Shown: piece by piece, positions 33,201 to 48,200 of the stretch
How positions within the stretch are numbered: the first letter of the stretch is position 1
Layout of the letters: each line of letters opens with the position of its first letter
Assembly (NCBI GenBank): GCA_964016885.1
Contig: OZ024760.1
Coordinates: forward strand, 34,658,001 to 34,722,000
Source of the DNA: Eledone cirrhosa
Taxonomy: Eukaryota
Length of the DNA stretch: 64,000 bases
Direction: 5' to 3'
Translations under genes and position numbers: made by a program
The notes under the pieces: generated by a model
The model's database searches: none
The model's input: only the letters and a program-made list of their open reading frames with translations
What the model was told of the DNA's origin: nothing

Positions 33201-36200
33201 GGTTATATCTACAGTTTTGTCTGGTTGATATTAAAAGGGTTATATCTACACTGTTTTGTCTGGGTTATATTAAAAGGGTTATATCTACACTGTTTTGTTT
33301 GGTTGATATTAAAAGAGTTATATCTACACTGTTTTGTCTGGGTTATATTAAAAGGGTTATATCTATACTGTTTTGTCCTGGTGGATATTAAAAGGGTTAT
33401 TTCTACACTGTTTTGTCTGGTTGGTATTGAAAGGGTTATATCTACACTGTTTGTCTGGGTTATATTAAAAGGGTTATATATACACTGTTTTGTCTTCTTT
33501 GATATTAAAAGGGTTATATCTACACTGTTTTGTCTGGGTTATATTAAAAGTTATATCTATACGGTTTTGTCCTGGTTGATATTAAAAGGGTTATATCTAC
33601 ATTGTTTTTGTCTGGGTTATATTAAAAGGGTTATATCTACACTGTTTTGTCTGATTGATATTAAAAGAGTTATATCTATACTGTTTTGTCTGGGTTATAT
33701 TAAAAGGGGTATATCTACAGTTTTGTCTAGGTTATATTAAAAGGGTTATATCTACACTGTTTTGTCTGGGTTATATTAAAAGGGTTATATCTACACTGTT
33801 TTGTCTGGGTTATATTGAAAGGGTTATATCTACACTGTTTTGTCTGGTTGATATTAAAAGGGTTATACCTACACTGTTTTGTCTGGGTTATATCAAAAGG
33901 GTTATATCTATACTGTTTTGTCTGGTTGGTATTAAAAGGGTTATATCTACACCGTTTTCTCTGGGTTATATTAAAAGTTATATCTATACGGTTTTGTCCT
34001 GGTTGATATTAAAAGGGTTATATCTACATTGTTTTTGTCTGGGTTATATTAAAAGGGTTATATCTACACTGTTTTGTCTGATTGATATTAAAAGAGTTAT
34101 ATCTATACTGTTTTGTCTGGGTTATATTAAAAGGGTTATATCTACAGTTTTGTCTAGGTTATATTAAAAGGGTTATATATACACTGTTTTGTCTGGTTGA
34201 TATTAAAAGGGTTATACCTACACTGTTTTGTCTGGGTTATATCAAAAGGGTTATATCTATACTGTTTTGTCTGGTTGGTATTAAAAGGGTTATATCTACT
34301 CTGTTTGGTCTGGGTTATATTAAAACGGTTATATCTACACTGTTTTGTCCTTGTTGATATTAAAAGGGTTATATCTACACTGTTTTGTCTGGGTTATATT
34401 AAAAGGGTTATATCTACACTGTTTTGTCTGGTTGATATTAAAAGGGTTATATCTACACTGTTTTGTCTGGGTTATATTAAAAGGGTTATATCTACACTGT
34501 TTTGTCTGGTTGATATTAAAAGGGTTATATCTACACTGGTTTGTCCTGGTTGATATTAAAACGGTTATATCTACACTGTTTTGTCTGGGTTATATTTAAA
34601 GGGTTATATCTATACTGTTTTGTCTGGGTTATATTAAAAGTTATATCTATACGGTTTTGTCCTGGTTGATATTAAAAGGGTTATATCTACACTGTTTTGT
34701 CTGGGTTATATTAAAAGGGTTATATCTACACTGTTTTGTCTGGTTGATATTAAAAGGGTTATATCTACACTGGTTTGTCCTGGTTGATATTAAAACGGTT
34801 ATATCTACACTGTTTTGTCTGGGTTATATTTAAAGGGTTATATCTATACTGTTTTGTCCTGGTTGATATTAAAAGGGTTATATCTACACTGTTTTGTCTG
34901 GGTTATATTAAAAGGATTATATCTACACTGTTTTGTGTGGGTTATATTAAAAGGGTTATATCTACACTGTTTTGTCTGGTTGATATTAAAAGGGTTATAC
35001 CTACACTGTTTTGTCTGGGTTATATCAAAAGGGTTATATCTATACTGTTTTGTCTGGTTGGTATTAAAAGGGTTATATCTACACTGTTTGGTCTGGGTTA
35101 TATTAAAAGGGTTATATCTACACTGTTTTGCCTGGGTTATATTAAAAGGGTTATATCTACACTGTTTTTTCTGGTTGATATTAAAAGAGTTATATCTACA
35201 CTGTTTTGTCTGGTTGATATTAAAAGGGTTATAGCTACACTGTTTTGTCTGGTTGATATTAAAAGAGTTATATCTACACTGTTTTGTCTGGGTTATATTA
35301 AAAGGGTTATATCTATACTGTTTTGTCCTGGTGGATATTAAAAGGGTTATTTCTACACGGTTTTGTCTGGTTGGTATTGAAAGGGTTATATCTACACTGT
35401 TTTGTCTGGGTTATATTAAAAGGGTTATATCTACACTGTTTTGTCTGGTTGATATTAAAAGGGTTATATCTACACTGTTTTGTCTGGTTGATATTAAAAG
35501 TGTTATATCTACACTGTTTTGTCTAGGTTATATTAAGACGGTTATATCTACACTGTTTTGTCTGTGTTGTATTACAAGGGTTATATCTACACTGTTTTGT
35601 CTGGTTGATATTAAAAGGGTTATATCTACACTGTTTTGTCTGGGTTATATTAAAAGGGTTATATCTACACTGTTTTTGTCTAGGTTATATGAAAAGGGTT
35701 ATATCTACACTGTTTTGTCTGGTTGATATTAAAAGGGTTATATCTACACTGTTTTGTCTGGATTATATTAAGAGGGTTATATCTACACTGTTTTGTCTGG
35801 TTCATATTAAAAGAGTTATATCTACACTGTTTTGTCTGGGTTATATTAAAAGGGTTATATCTATACTGTTTTGTCCTGGTTGATATTGAAAGGGTTATTT
35901 CTACACTGTTTTGTCTGGGTTATATTAAAAGGGTTATATCTACACTGTTTTGTCTGGTTGATATTAAAAGGGTTATATCTACACTGTTTTGTTTGGTTGA
36001 TATTAAAAGAGTTATATCTACACTATTTTGTCTGGATTATATTAAAAGGGTTATATCTATACTGTTTTGTCCTGGTTGATATTGAAAGGGTTATTTCTAC
36101 ACTGTTTTGTCTGGGTTATATTAAAAGGGTTATATCTACACTGTTTTGTCTGGGTTATATTAAAAGGGTTATATCTACAGTTTTGTCTGGTTGATATTAA

Positions 36201-39200
36201 AAGGGTTATATCTACACTGTTTTGTCTGGGTTATATTAAAAGGGTTATATCTACACTGTTTTGTTTGGTTGATATTAAAAGAGTTATATCTACACTGTTT
36301 TGTCTGGGTTATATTAAAAGGGTTATATCTATACTGTTTTGTCCTGGTGGATATTAAAAGGGTTATTTCTACACTGTTTTGTCTGGTTGGTATTGAAAGG
36401 GTTATATCTACACTGTTTGTCTGGGTTATATTAAAAGAGTTATATATACACTGTTTTGTCTTCTTTGATATTAAAAGGGTTATATCTACACTGTTTTGTC
36501 TGGGTTATATTAAAAGTTATATCTATACGGTTTTGTCCTGGTTGATATTAAAAGGGTTATATCTACATTGTTTTTGTCTGGGTTATATTAAAAGGGTTAT
36601 ATCTACACTGTTTTGTCTGATTGATATTAAAAGAGTTATATCTATACTGTTTTGTCTGGGTTATATTAAAAGGGTTATATCTACAGTTTTGTCTAGGTTA
36701 TATTAAAAGGGTTATATCTACACTGTTTTGTCTGGGTTATATTAAAAGGGTTATATCTACACTGTTTTGTCTGGGTTATATTAAAAGGGTTATATCTACA
36801 CTGTTTTGTCCTTGTTGATATTAAAAGGGTTATATCTACACTGTTTTGTCTGGGTTATATTAAAAGGGTTATATCTACACTGTTTCGTCTGGTTGATATT
36901 AAAAGGGTTATATCTACACTGTTTTGTCTGGGTTATATTAAAAGGGTTATATCTACACTGTTTTGTCTGGTTGATATTAAAAGGGTTATATCAACACTGG
37001 TTTGTCCTGGTTGATATTAAAACGGTTATATCTACACTGTTTTGTCTGGGTTATATTTAAAGGGTTATATCTATACTGTTTTGTCCTGGTTGATATTAAA
37101 AGGGTTATATCTACACTGTTTTGTCTGGGTTATATTAAAAGGGTTATATCTACACTGTTTTGTCTGGTTGATATTAAAAGGGTTATATCTACACTGGTTT
37201 GTCCTGGTTGATATTAAAACGGTTATATCTACACTGTTTTGTCTGGGTTATATTTAAAGGGTTATATCTATACTGTTTTGTCCTGGTTGATATTAAAAGG
37301 GTTATATCTACACTGTTTTGTCTGGGTTATATTAAAAGGATTATATCTACACTGTTTTGTGTGGGTTATATTAAAAGGATTATATCTACATTGTTTTGTC
37401 TGGGTTATATTAAAAGGGTTATATCTACACTGTTTTGTCTGGGTTATATCTACACTGTTTTGTCTTGTTGATATTAAAAGGGTTATATCTACACTTTTGT
37501 CTGGTTGATATTAAAAGGGTTATACCTACACTGTTTTGTCTGGGTTATATCAAAAGGGTTATATCTATACTGTTTTGTCTGGTTGGTATTAAAAGGGTTA
37601 TATCTACGCTGTTTTGTCTGGGTTATATTAAAAGGGTTATATCTACACTGTTTTGTCTGGTTGATATTAAAAGGGTTATATCTATACTGTTTTTATTTGG
37701 GTTATATTAAAAGGGTTATAGCTACACTGCTTTGTCCTAGTTGATATTAAAAGGGTTATATCTACACTGTTTTGTCTGGGTTATATTAAAAGGGTTATAT
37801 CTACACTGTGTTGTCTGGGTTATATTGAAAGGGTTATATCTACACTGTTTTGTCTGGTTGATATTAAAAGGGTTATACCTACACTGTTTTGTCTGGGTTA
37901 TATCAAAAGGGTTATATCTATACTGTTTTGTCTGGTTGGTATTAAAAGGGTTATATCTACACTGTTTGGTCTGGGTTATATTAAAAGGGTTATATCTACA
38001 CTGTTTTGTCTGGTTGATATTAAAAGGGTTATATCTACACTGTTTTGTCTGGGTTATATTAAAAGGGTTATATCTACACTGGTTTGTCCTGGTTGATATT
38101 AAAACGGTTATATCTACACTGTTTTGTCTGGGTTATATTTAAAGGGTTATATCTACACTGTTTTGTGTGGGTTATATTAAAAGGATTATATCTACATTGT
38201 TTTGTCTGGGTTATATTAAAAGGGTTATATCTACACTGTTTTGTCTGGGTTATATCAAAAGGGTTATATCTATACTGTTTTGTCTGGTTGATATTAAAAG
38301 GGTTATATCTACACTGTTTTGTCTGGGTTATATTAAAAGGGTTATATCTACACTGTTTTTGTCTAGGTTATATGAAAAGGGTTATATCTACACTGTTTTG
38401 TCTGGTTGATATTAAAAGGGTTATATCTACACTGTTTTGTCTGGATTATATTAAGAGGGTTATATCTACACTGTTTTGTCTGGTTCATATTAAAAGAGTT
38501 ATATCTACACTGTTTTGTCTGGGTTATATTAAAAGGGTTATATCTATACTGTTTTGTCCTGGTTGATATTGAAAGGGTTATTTCTACACTGTTTTGTCTG
38601 GGTTATATTAAAAGGGTTATATCTACACTGTTTTGTCTGGTTGATATTAAAAGGGTTATATCTACACTGTTTTGTTTGGTTGATATTAAAAGAGTTATAT
38701 CTACACTGTTTTGTCTGGATTATATTAAAAGGGTTATATCTATACTGTTTTGTCCTGGTTGATATTGAAAGGATTATTTCTACACTGTTTTGTCTGGGTT
38801 ATATTAAAAGGGTTATATCTACACTGTTTTGTCTGGGTTATATTAAAAGGGTTATATCTACAGTTTTGTCTGGTTGATATTAAAAGGGTTATATCTACAC
38901 TGTTTTGTCTGGGTTATATTAAAAGGGTTATATCTACACTGTTTTGTTTGGTTGATATTAAAAGAGTTATATCTACACTGTTTTGTCTGGGTTATATTAA
39001 AAGGGTTATATCTATACTGTTTTGTCCTGGTGGATATTAAAAGGGTTATTTCTACACTGTTTTGTCTGGTTGGTATTGAAAGGGTTATATCTACACTGTT
39101 TGTCTGGGTTATATTAAAAGGGTTATATATACACTGTTTTGTCTTCTTTGATATTAAAAGGGTTATATCTACACTGTTTTGTCTGGGTTATATTAAAAGT

Positions 39201-42200
39201 TATATCTATACGGTTTTGTCCTGGTTGATATTAAAAGGGTTATATCTACATTGTTTTTGTCTGGGTTATATTAAAAGGGTTATATCTACACTGTTTTGTC
39301 TGATTGATATTAAAAGAGTTATATCTATACTGTTTTGTCTGGGTTATATTAAAAGGGGTATATCTACAGTTTTGTCTAGGTTATATTAAAAGGGTTATAT
39401 CTACACTGTTTTGTCTGGGTTATATTAAAAGGGTTATATCTACACTGTTTTGTCTGGGTTATATTGAAAGGGTTATATCTACACTGTTTTGTCTGGTTGA
39501 TATTAAAAGGGTTATACCTACACTGTTTTGTCTGGGTTATATCAAAAGGGTTATATCTATACTGTTTTGTCTGGTTGGTATTAAAAGGGTTATATCTACT
39601 CTGTTTGGTCTGGGTTATATTAAAAGGGTTATATCTACACTGTTTTGTCCTTGTTGATATTAAAAGGGTTATATCTACACTGTTTTGTCTGGGTTATATT
39701 AAAAGGGTTATATCTACACTGTTTTGTCTGGTTGATATTAAAAGGGTTATATCTACACTGTTTTGTCTGGGTTATATTAAAAGGGTTATATCTACACTGT
39801 TTTGTCTGGTTGATATTAAAAGGGGTATATCAACACTGGTTTGTCCTGGTTGATATTAAAACGGTTATATCTACACTGTTTTGTCTGGGTTATATTTAAA
39901 GGGTTATATCTATACTGTTTTGTCCTGGTTGATATTAAAAGGGTTATATCTACACTGTTTTGTCTGGGTTATATTAAAAGGGTTATATCTACACTGTTTT
40001 GTCTGGTTGATATTAAAAGGGTTATATCTACACTGGTTTGTCCTGGTTGATATTAAAACGGTTATATCTACACTGTTTTGTCTGGGTTATATTTAAAGGG
40101 TTATATCTATACTGTTTTGTCCTGGTTGATATTAAAAGGGTTATATCTCCACTGTTTTGTCTGGGTTATATTAAAAGGATTATATCTACACTGTTTTGTG
40201 TGGGTTATATTAAAAGGATTATATCTACATTGTTTTGTCTGGGTTATATTAAAAGGGTTATATCTACACTGTTTTGTCTGGGTTATATCTACACTGTTTT
40301 GTCTTGTTGATATTAAAAGGGTTATATCTACACTTTTGTCTGGTTGATATTAAAAGGGTTATACCTACACTGTTTTGTCTGGGTTATATCAAAAGGGTTA
40401 TATCTATACTGTTTTGTCTGGTTGGTATTAAAAGGGTTATATCTACGCTGTTTTGTCTGGGTTATATTAAAAGGGTTATATCTACACTGTTTTGTCTGGT
40501 TGATATTAAAAGGGTTATATCTATACTGTTTTTATTTGGGTTATATTAAAAGGGTTATAGCTACACTGCTTTGTCCTAGTTGATATTAAAAGGGTTATAT
40601 CTACACTGTTTTGTCTGGGTTATATTAAAAGGGTTATATCTACACTGTGTTGTCTGGGTTATATTGAAAGGGTTATATCTACACTGTTTTGTCTGGTTGA
40701 TATTAAAAGGGTTATACCTACACTGTTTTGTCTGGGTTATATCAAAAGGGTTGTATCTATACTGTTTTGTCTGGTTGGTATTAAAAGGGTTATATCTACA
40801 CTGTTTGGTCTGGGTTATATTAAAAGGGTTATATCTACACTGTTTTGTCCTGGTTGATATTAAAAGGGTTATATCTACACTGTTTTGCCTGGGTTATATT
40901 AAAAGGGTTATATCTACACTGTTTTGTCTGGTTGATATTAAAAGGGTTATATCTACACTGTTTTGTCTGGGTTATATTAAAAGGGTTATATCTACACTGG
41001 TTTGTCCTGGTTGATATTAAAAGGGTTATATCTATACTGTTTTTATTTGGGTTATATTAAAAGGGTTATAGCTACACTGCTTTGTCCTGGTTGATATTAA
41101 AAGAGTTATATCTACACTGTTTTGTCTGGGTTATATCAAAAGGGTTATATCTACACTGTTTTGTCTGGGTTATATTAAAAGGGTTATATCTACACTGTTT
41201 TGTCTGGGTTATATTAAAAGGGTTATATCTACACTGTTTTGTCTGGGTTACGTTAAAAGGGTTATATCTACACTGGTTTGTCCAGGTTGATATTAAAACG
41301 GTTATATCTACACTGTTTTGTCTGGTTTATATTAAAAGGGTTATATCTATACTGTTTTGTCCTGGTGGATATTAAAAGGGTTATTTCTACACTGTTTTGT
41401 CTGGTTGGTATTGAAAGGGTTATATCTACACTGTTTGTCTGGGTTATATTAAAAGGGTTATATATACACTGTTTTGTCTTCGTTGATATTAAAAGGGTTA
41501 TATCTACACTGTTTTGTCTGGGTTATATTAAAAGTTATATCTATACGGTTTTGTCCTGGTTGATATTAAAAGGGTTATATCTACATTGTTTTTGTCTGGG
41601 TTATATTAAAAGGGTTATATCTACACTGTTTTGTCTGATTGATATTAAAAGAGTTATATCTATACTGTTTTGTCTGGGTTATATTAAAAGGGTTATATCT
41701 ACAGTTTTGTCTAGGTTATATTAAAAGGGTTATATCTACACTGTTTTGTCTGGGTTATATTAAAAGGGTTATATCTACACTGTTTTGTCTGGGTTATATT
41801 GAAAGGGTTATATCTACACTGTTTTGTCTGGTTGATATTAAAAGGGTTATACCTACACTGTTTTGTCTGGGTTATATCAAAAGGGTTATATCTATACTGT
41901 TTTGTCTGGTTGGTATTAAAAGGGTTATATCTATTCTGTTTGGTCTGGGTTATATTAAAAGGGTTATATCTACACTGTTTTGTCCTGGTTGATATTAAAA
42001 GGGTTATATCTACACTGTTTTGTCTGGGTTATATTAAAAGGGTTATATCTACACTGTTTTGTCTGGTTGATATTAAAAGGGTTATATCTACACTGTTTTG
42101 TCTGGGTTATATTAAAAGGGTTATATCTACACTGTTTTGTCTGGTTGATATTAAAAGGGTTATATCTACACTGGTTTGTCCTGGATGATATTAAAACGGT

Positions 42201-45200
42201 TATATCTACACTGTTTTGTCTGGGTTATATTTAAAGGGTTATATCTATACTGTTTTGTCCTGGTTGATATTAAAAGGGTTATATCTACACTGTTTTGTCT
42301 GGGTTATATTAAAAGGGTTATATCTACACTGTTTTGTCTGGTTGATATTAAAAGGGTTATATCTACACTGGTTTGTCCTGGATGATATTAAAACGGTTAT
42401 ATCTACACTGTTTTGTCTGGGTTATATTAAAAGGGTTATATCTACACTGTTTTGTCTGGTTGATATTAAAAGGGTTATAGCTACACTGTTTTGTCTGGTT
42501 GATATTAAAAGAGTTATATCTACACTGTTTTGTCTGGGTTATATTAAAAGGGTTATATCTATACTGTTTTGTCCTGGTGGATATTAAAAGGGTTATTTCT
42601 ACACTGTTTTGTCTGGTTGGTATTGAAAGGGTTATATCTACACTGTTTTGTCTGGGTTATATTAAAAGGGTTATATCTACACTGTTTTGTCTGGTTGATA
42701 TTAAAAGGGTTATATCTACACTGTTTTGTCTGGTTGATATTAAAAGTGTTATATCTACACTGTTTTGTCTAGGTTATATTAAGACGGTTATATCTACACT
42801 GTTTTGTCTGTGTTGTATTACAAGGGTTATATCTACACTGTTTTGTCTGGTTGATATTAAAAGGGTTATATCTACACTGTTTTGTCTGGGTTATATTAAA
42901 AGGGTTATATCTACACTGTTTTTGTCTAGGTTATATGAAAAGGGTTATATCTACACTGTTTTGTCTGGTTGATATTAAAAGGGTTATATCTACACTGTTT
43001 TGTCTGGATTATATTAAGAGGGTTATATCTACACTGTTTTGTCTGGTTCATATTAAAAGAGTTATATCTACACTGTTTTGTCTGGGTTATATTAAAAGGG
43101 TTATATCTATACTGTTTTGTCCTGGTTGATATTGAAAGGGTTATTTCTACACTGTTTTGTCTGGGTTATATTAAAAGGGTTATATCTACACTGTTTTGTC
43201 TGGGTTATATTAAAAGGGTTATATCTACACTGTTTTGTTCGGTTGATATTAAAAGAGTTATATCTACACTGTTTTGTCTGGATTATATTAAAAGGGTTAT
43301 ATCTATACTGTTTTGTCCTGGTTGATATTGAAAGGGTTATTTCTACACTGTTTTGTCTGGGTTATATTAAAAGGGTTATATCTACACTGTTTTGTCTGGG
43401 TTATATTAAAAGGGTTATATCTACAGTTTTGTCTGGTTGATATTAAAAGGCTTATATCTACACTGTTTTGTCTGGGTTATATTAAAAGGGTTATATCTAC
43501 ACTGTTTTGTTTGGTTGATATTAAAAGAGTTATATCTACACTGTTTTGTCTGGGTTATATTAAAAGGGTTATATCTATACTGTTTTGTCCTGGTGGATAT
43601 TAAAAGGGTTATTTCTACACTGTTTTGTCTGGTTGGTATTGAAAGGGTTATATCTACACTGTTTGTCTGGGTTATATTAAAAGGGTTATATATACACTGT
43701 TTTGTCTGGGTTATATTAAAAGTTATATCTATACGGTTTTGTCCTGGTTGATATTAAAAGGGTTATATCTACATTGTTTTTGTCTGGGTTATATTAAAAG
43801 GGTTATATCTACACTGTTTTGTCTGATTGATATTAAAAGAGTTATATCTATACTGTTTTGTCTGGGTTATATTAAAAGGGTTATATCTACAGTTTTGTCT
43901 AGGTTATATTAAAAGGGTTATATCTACACTGTTTTGTCTGGGTTATATTAAAAGGGTTATATCTACACTGTTTTGTCTGGGTTATATTGAAAGGGTTATA
44001 TCTACACTGTTTTGTCCGGTTGATATTAAAAGGGTTATACCTACACTGTTTTGTCTGGGTTATATCAAAAGGGTTATATCTATACTGTTTTGTCTGGTTG
44101 GTATTAAAAGGGTTATATCTATTCTGTTTGGTCTGGGTTATATTAAAAGGGTTATATCTACACTGTTTTGTCCTGGTTGATATTAAAAGGGTTATATTTA
44201 CACTGTTTTGTCTGGGTTATATTAAAAGGGTTATATCTACACTGTTTTGTCTGGTTGATATTAAAAGGGTTATATCTACACTGTTTTGTCTGGGTTATAT
44301 TAAAAGGGTTATATCTACACTGTTTTGTCTGGTTGATATTAAAAGGGTTATATCTACACTGGTTTGTCCTGGATGATATTAAAACGGTTATATCTACACT
44401 GTTTTGTCTGGGTTATATTTAAAGGGTTATATCTATACTGTTTTGTCCTGGTTGATATTAAAAGGGTTATATCTACACTGTTTTGTCTGGGTTATATTAA
44501 AAGGGTTATATCTACACTGTTTTGTCTGGTTGATATTAAAAGGGTTATATCTACACTGGTTTGTCCTGGATGATATTAAAACGGTTATATCTACACTGTT
44601 TTGTCTGGTTGATATTAAAAGGGTTATAGCTACACTGTTTTGTCTGGTTGATATTAAAAGAGTTATATCTACACTGTTTTGTCTGGGTTATATTAAAAGG
44701 GTTATATCTATACTGTTTTGTCCTGGTGGATATTAAAAGGGTTATTTCTACACTGTTTTGTCTGGTTGGTATTGAAAGGGTTATATCTACACTGTTTTGT
44801 CTGGGTTATATTAAAAGGGTTATATCTACACTGTTTTGTCTGGTTGATATTAAAAGGGTTATATCTACACTGTTTTGTCTGGTTGATATTAAAAGTGTTA
44901 TATCTACACTGTTTTGTCTAGGTTATATTAAGACGGTTATATCTACACTGTTTTGTCTGTGTTGTATTACAAGGGTTATATCTACACTGTTTTGTCTGGT
45001 TGATATTAAAAGGGTTATATCTACACTGTTTTGTCTGGGTTATATTAAAAGGGTTATATCTACACTGTTTTTGTCTAGGTTATAGGAAAAGGGTTATATC
45101 TACACTGTTTTGTCTGGTTGATATTAAAAGGGTTATATCTACACTGTTTTGTCTGGATTATATTAAGAGGGTTATATCTACACTGTTTTGTCTGGTTCAT

Positions 45201-48200
45201 ATTAAAAGAGTTATATCTACACTGTTTTGTCTGGGTTATATTAAAAGGGTTATATCTATACTGTTTTGTCCTGGTTGATATTGAAAGGGTTATTTCTACA
45301 CTGTTTTGTCTGGGTTATATTAAAAGGGTTATATCTACACTGTTTTGTCTGGGTTATATTAAAAGGGTTATATCTACACTGTTTTGTTTGGTTGATATTA
45401 AAAGAGTTATATCTACACTGTTTTGTCTGGATTATATTAAAAGGGTTATATCTATACTGTTTTGTCCTGGTTGATATTGAAAGGGTTATTTCTACACTGT
45501 TTTGTCTGGGTTATATTAAAAGGGTTATATCTACACTGTTTTGTCTGGGTTATATTAAAAGGGTTATATCTACAGTTTTGTCTGGTTGATATTAAAAGGC
45601 TTATATCTACACTGTTTTGTCTGGGTTATATTAAAAGGGTTATATCTACACTGTTTTGTTTGGTTGATATTAAAAGAGTTATATCTACACTGTTTTGTCT
45701 GGGTTATATTAAAAGGGTTATATCTATACTGTTTTGTCCTGGTGGATATTAAAAGGGTTATTTCTACACTGTTTTGTCTGGTTGGTATTGAAAGGGTTAT
45801 ATCTACACTGTTTGTCTGGGTTATATTAAAAGGGTTATATATACACTGTTTTGTCTTCTTTGATATTAAAAGGGTTATATCTACACTGTTTTGTCTGGGT
45901 TATATTAAAAGTTATATCTATACGGTTTTGTCCTGGTTGATATTAAAAGGGTTATATCTACATTGTTTTTGTCTGGGTTATATTAAAAGGGTTATATCTA
46001 CACTGTTTTGTCTGATTGATATTAAAAGAGTTATATCTATACTGTTTTGTCTGGGTTATATTAAAAGGGTTATATCTACAGTTTTGTCTAGGTTATATTA
46101 AAAGGGTTATATCTACACTGTTTTGTCTGGGTTATATTAAAAGGGTTATATCTACACTGTTTTGTCTGGGTTATATTGAAAGGGTTATATCTACACTGTT
46201 TTGTCTGGTTGATATTAAAAGGGTTATACCTACACTATTTTGTCTGGGTTATATCAAAAGGGTTATATCTATACTGTTTTGTCTGGGTTATATCAAAAGG
46301 GTTATATCTACTCTGTTTGGTCTGGGTTATATTAAAAGGGTTATATCTACACTGTTTTGTCCTTTTTGATATTAAAAGGGTTATATCTACACTGTTTTGT
46401 CTGGGTTATATTAAAAGGGTTATATCTACACTGTTTTGTCTGGTTGATATTAAAAGGGTTATATCTACACTGTTTTGTCTGGGTTATATTAAAAGGGTTA
46501 TATCTACACTGTTTTGTCTGGTTGATATTAAAAGGGTTATATCAACACTGGTTTGTCCTGGTTGATATTAAAACGGTTATATCTACACTGTTTTGTCTGG
46601 GTTATATTTAAAGGGTTATATCTATACTGTTTTGTCCTGGTTGATATTAAAAGGGTTATATCTACACTGTTTTGTCTGGGTTATATTAAATGGGTTATAT
46701 CTACACTGTTTTGTCTGGTTGATATTAAAAGGGTTATATCTACACTGGTTTGTCCTGGTTGATATTAAAACGGTTATATCTACACTGTTTTGTCTGGGTT
46801 ATATTTAAAGGGTTATATCTATACTGTTTTGTCCTGGTTGATATTAAAAGGGTTATATCTACACTGTTTTGTCTGGGTTATATTAAAAGGATTATATCTA
46901 CACTGTTTTGTGTGGGTTATATTAAAAGGATTATATCTACATTGTTTTGTCTGGGTTATATTAAAAGGGTTATATCTACACTGTTTTGTCTGGGTTATAT
47001 CTACACTGTTTTGTCTTGTTGATATTAAAAGGGTTATATCTACATTGTTTTTGTCTGGGTTATATTAAAAGGGTTATATCTACACTGTTTTGTCTGATTG
47101 ATATTAAAAGAGTTATATCTATACTGTTTTGTCTGGGTTATATTAAAAGGGTTATATCTACAGTTTTGTCTAGGTTATATTAAAAGGGTTATATCTACAC
47201 TGTTTTGTCTGGGTTATATTAAAAGGGTTATATCTACACTGTTTTGTCTGGGTTATATTGAAAGGGTTATATCTACACTGTTTTGTCCGGTTGATATTAA
47301 AAGGGTTATACCTACACTGTTTTGTCTGGGTTATATCAAAAGGGTTATATCTATACTGTTTTGTCTGGTTGGTATTAAAAGGGTTATATCTATTCTGTTT
47401 GGTCTGGGTTATATTAAAAGGGTTATATCTACACTGTTTTGTCCTGGTTGATATTAAAAGGGTTATATCTACACTGTTTTGTCTGGGTTATATTAAAAGG
47501 GTTATATCTACACTGTTTTGTCTGGTTGATATTAAAAGGGTTATATCTACACTGTTTTGTCTGGGTTATATTAAAAGGGTTATATCTACACTGTTTTGTC
47601 TGGTTGATATTAAAAGGGTTATATCTACACTGGTTTGTCCTGGATGATATTAAAACGGTTATATCTACACTGTTTTGTCTGGGTTATATTTAAAGGGTTA
47701 TATCTATACTGTTTTGTCCTGGTTGATATTAAAAGGGTTATATCTACACTGTTTTGTCTGGGTTATATTAAAAGGGTTATATCTACACTGTTTTGTCTGG
47801 TTGATATTAAAAGGGTTATATCTACACTGGTTTGTCCTGGATGATATTAAAACGGTTATATCTACACTGTTTTGTCTGGTTGATATTAAAAGGGTTATAG
47901 CTACACTGTTTTGTCTGGTTGATATTAAAAGAGTTATATCTACACTGTTTTGTCTGGGTTATATTAAAAGGGTTATATCTATACTGTTTTGTCCTGGTGG
48001 ATATTAAAAGGGTTATTTCTACACTGTTTTGTCTGGTTGGTATTGAAAGGGTTATATCTACACTGTTTTGTCTGGGTTATATTAAAAGGGTTATATCTAC
48101 ACTGTTTTGTCTGGTTGATATTAAAAGGGTTATATCTACACTGTTTTGTCTGGTTGATATTAAAAGTGTTATATCTACACTGTTTTGTCTAGGTTATATT